50,302 nucleotides of DNA, from the NCBI GenBank assembly GCA_032718475.1, contig JAUCBJ010001485.1, positions 1-50,302 of the forward strand, read 5' to 3'. Position numbers and translations under genes: made by a program. The notes under the pieces were generated by a model. The model searched no databases, was not told where the DNA came from, and saw nothing but the letters and a program-made list of their open reading frames with translations. This document shows, piece by piece, positions 46,711-50,302 of this stretch. The first letter of the stretch is position 1. Each line of letters opens with the position of its first letter. This DNA is from Nemertoderma westbladi (lineage: Eukaryota; Animalia; Xenacoelomorpha).

Positions 46711-46869
46711 CTGCTGCAGTTTCCTTTAATTCTAAATTTTACATCTGAAATAAATAATACTTTCATTATATTTTGTGCAAGATAATTCGCAATGCTAGGT
46801 TAGCTTTGCAGGAATTAAAAGTTCTAGGAATTCGAATAATATATCAATATCTGCATTATACAATAGTAA

Positions 46870-48130
46870 AAAAAGCCAATCAAACAGTCGGACTGAAGGC
46901 ATCTCTTCGAAGATAGGGAGGGCCTTTAGTCGCAATCAAAATTCATCCCTCTCCAGGGAAAAATCGACGCAAATAACAGCTGGTTACTCCCAAAAATAAA
47001 ACTGTAACCTGTTCTGTTGACTTTCGTTTATCTATTTGGTTAGAATAACGTGCCACTGTAACATGCTTCTGTCTCCCTCTTCAGTAGCTGCTACCCGAAG
47101 GTATGACTGGTGCTACTCGTATCCCAAGGTTTGTTCCCAGTAATTCAACAGGTACTCATTTTATCGACCCCAGTGAATGAAAGAAGGTCGAGCAGAATGA
47201 GAACCAACCTGTTGAAACTTAGAAAGTCACTAAATATTGCTACAATGAACGCACGCACTCTAAAACTGCTTAGCAAACATTATTGCAGCTCTGGCAATGG
47301 AATATTACATCGACATCATTTGTATTCAAGAATATCAGATTAGTCATGAGCCATCAAGTATAATGAATGACATTTGAAATGGACGTTTATAACGTCCATC
47401 CACTTCCAGTCTGCAAATTCAGCAGAAAGCAATTCGGTCAAAGTTTCAATTGGTTGAGTATGAATTCTCCTAAGTCCATTTACACTTCTGACACTAAACC
47501 CCATCGAATATAAAAATTCCAGGATCATAAACTAATATAATGACATTTAACTGCGAGGCATACAGTAGTCAGCTCGTTCAACCTAATTTGTTCGGACCAG
47601 ACCAGACTGCATGAGCTCAGACTCAGTTTGAGAGCCAGTAAACTCAGGACAAGCAAGCGAATCAACTATGACTGGGAGAAACTCAGAACTGACAATGCAG
47701 TAAAGGAAGCTCACACAGTAAAAAGTTCAAAATCGCAAGAGAGAAGATGTTAAGATACTCCTACTCCAAAGTAAAAACTGAACAACCAACAGCCGAAAAC
47801 ATCAACAAGGTTGAGAAACAACCAGGCACCTGCCGAACTCCAAAGAAGTATTAAAAGCATGTCCAATTATAAAGCGAGTGGATTAGGTGAAATCCCTGAA
47901 GAGGTATGGAAAACCGGAGTGCTAAAAAGACCATTTTCGGATGATTGCAACCGGATGTTAAAAGGGGAAAATCCACCACCAATTTGGACTAAAGGTCAAC
48001 TAAAGCCTCTCCCCAAGAAAGGAGACCTCGGTATACCAACAAACTATCGTGGGATCTGTCTGCTTGTGGTAGCTGCCAAAATATACAATAAAATGATTCT
48101 ATATAGGATTAGGCCTCACATAGAGAATGT
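46870..48130 (+). mobile_element. Internally deleted RTE-like LINE (5' UTR, endonuclease, start of RT)
   Basis: It reads LNIATMNARTLK, IDIICIQE and KASGLGEIPEEVWK..PLPKKGDLGIPTNYRGICLLVVAAKIYNKMIL. Confidence 0.8.
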
Positions 48131-49589
48131 TGCTCTTTTATGTTGCGTTTTATTCACATTTTTTTTTATATAGGCCTATGTTATAAACAAATAAAGTTGA
48201 AAAAATATTTCTATCATAACAAAAAAAATCTGCCATATTTTAAAATAAATAAATAAAATCTGAAATATTAAAAAAAAAATACAATAATATTGTATAAATG
48301 TTGGGTAACGGCAATATGTTCCAGAACATTTATATGTATCAAAACTTAAAAATAGCTACATAAAAAGTATTATAAAATGATCAATAATGCTTGATAGGGC
48401 CGTGGTGATGGAGACGTTTTAAAATTCTTTTCCAACAACAATTGTAAAGCGAAAATACAAATCTTTTTAAATATAAGTATTATACAATATTCTATATATT
48501 AAATGGTGGTGTACATTAAGTATATTACCTTTAAAATTGACGTAACAACTTCGATAGAATCGGGTTCCCAAAATAGTTAGGTCTTCAAGCTCACCATCTC
48601 CCAAATCCAACGGAATCTTCAAATTTCCAGCTACTGTAATTCTTCGTATCGTGGCAATCTTGTTTCGCAAATGGCAAAAGTCCTTTCTCATATTGCTATC
48701 GCTGCATTTTTCTAGCGTTTCCAACTTTTGGATTTTTTGGATCTATCGCCTTACATAAGGCGGTAGATCCAGATAAGGCAATCTTTCTCAAAACTAAATG
48801 TCACTATTAATCACAATATTTTTTAATTATTTTAGTCAAAGCACTCGTCGCCTCCAACTCTCTTTAAGGTCATTTTCATTGCCTAAATGTAACTTATTAC
48901 TGCAGTGTTTTGAATCATAATAAATTTTCATTGCCTAACTAAATATAACTTATTACTGCAATGTTTTGAATCATAAAAACATAATATTCTAGAATGTTTA
49001 ATGTTGTTGCTAACACATTCTCTACATAGATTAACATTTTTTTGGTAATTTTGTTATGATTTTATCCTCCAAACAAACGGCAATAAAAAAAATTGCTCAA
49101 CCTTTCCCAAAGTCTTTATAGCGAAAATGTATTGTTATAATGTTGAACAACATCATGAGCAAATAAAATTGCAGTCATACGCTGGAGAACGGTTCGTCAG
49201 TAAAATGTACCAAGCGTCTACTCGACTAATATATATGTGCATTGATAATATATTATTTATGTTTTACATATTTTTGTTGGATTTTAGCCGAAAGTATCAA
49301 ATTAATTAATAATCTGGAATAACTAAATCCACAGCAACAGTCTTTCTTCAGGGCTTTCCGGTTCTAATTGAATGAATGTTACATTTCTGAATGTCTAGGG
49401 ACCATTGGGACGTGCTGTCTCCATCTGTGGGGAATTCTGTACTACAATCGGCCGTCTGCGTCCTTACAGGTTCCCGCCCCTTTACATGTTCCAGTTCTTT
49501 GGAAATAGTCGTAAGGTTTCTCACATGGTATGTATCACTCTGTGAGTCACCACACACTCGGACATCACATGATACATACAATTCCATAA

Positions 49590-50302
49590 GGGGGCATCCA
49601 TCCATAAAGGACGTCCGAGTAAATTCCCGATTTTCAGACCCCCCCCCCCTCCCCTTGTCCAAGCTTGTCCGGTTTTTGCCACCCCCTCCCCCCCCGCAAC
49701 TTCGGACGTCCGAATTTTCAAGACAAAAAAGGTAACTGACAGCCACTATATTTGCTGCAACTTCATATTATTATTAATTAAAATCAACTCAACTAGAACT
49801 CTACCACTCCTCCCGAATACGGACATCAGTTCATCTTCAGCTTCACCACCATCTTCCTCGAATCTCTGTACAACTTCATCTACATCTTCACCACATACAT
49901 CTACTACACCTCTACCATCTACTACATCATCCTCGATTCCATTAAATTCCTCATCTACATCTTCCTCGCACCATTGGAACACCTCCTCGGTTTCCTTCCT
50001 AGTTTCTTGGGGGGATGTGCAGCCATATGGCGCCCAACAGCTGTCTTGTTTGGTCAGTATTGCCCACAAACATCGCATCGACAGTCATCTATCTTCTTGT
50101 CCATAGATGGACAATAACTGTCGAACGCCAACTGTGGAACGCCTATAAAGCACACGTTCACCTATCACTTAAGCACACGTACCCAATTTTGGATTGGAGA
50201 TTTTCTTGGCTTTAACATCGTCTACCGAGAACCATTTCAATGCCCTTGTTTGAATATTGAATTACGGCAGATGGCGGGACAGAGCATTGTGGGGGGATCT
50301 TT
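49590..50302 (-). mobile_element. 3' end of a Zator-like DNA transposon (runs off the window)
   Basis: The terminus is TAA|GGGGGCATCCATCCATAAAGGACGTCC (GG end, TWA target). A minus frame at ~50005-50135 reads PQLAFDSYCPSMDKKIDDCRCDVCGQY*PNKTAVGRHMAAH, a Zator-type C-terminal CCHH finger, followed by an acidic tail. Confidence 0.65.

Noticed and set aside
47010-47090. Hammerhead or HDV-like ribozyme in the RTE 5' UTR (minus-strand CTGAAGA..GAAA)
   Set aside because: The required stems could not be formed by eye. A covariance-model search would be needed.
47085-47100. Micro-exon of the host gene (cttcAG TAGCTGCTACCCGAAG GTATGA)
   Set aside because: It lies within the LINE 5' UTR and has no domain support.

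Overview
This is AT-rich, eukaryotic (invertebrate-like) genomic DNA made mostly of nested transposable elements. They sit in the introns of a + strand host gene for a modular extracellular protein. Three exons can be read by hand: a fibronectin type II (FN2) module (7982-8176) and a CUB domain split in two (18498-18670 and 43331-43487, joined across a 24.7 kb intron). The centrepiece is an intact, very young 10.9 kb BEL/Pao LTR retrotransposon (18783-29696; 693-bp LTRs differing at about 1 nt, AGCCT target-site duplication (TSD), 2516-aa Gag-Pol). It has no tRNA-type primer-binding site (PBS) next to its 5' LTR. Instead, the 12 nt at that position are perfectly complementary to a sequence inside its own LTR, which suggests Tf1-like self-primed reverse transcription in a BEL/Pao element. 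Other elements are a Mag-like Gypsy nested in an RTE LINE, a P/THAP9-like transposase remnant, a 2-kb tandem duplication with filled and empty piggyBac sites, a 3-kb LTR element carrying an in-frame Gag-integrase fusion, a decayed BEL gag-protease derivative, L2/CR1, RTE and CRE LINE fragments, a foldback element and a Zator end. All family assignments come from motif recognition; no database search was run.
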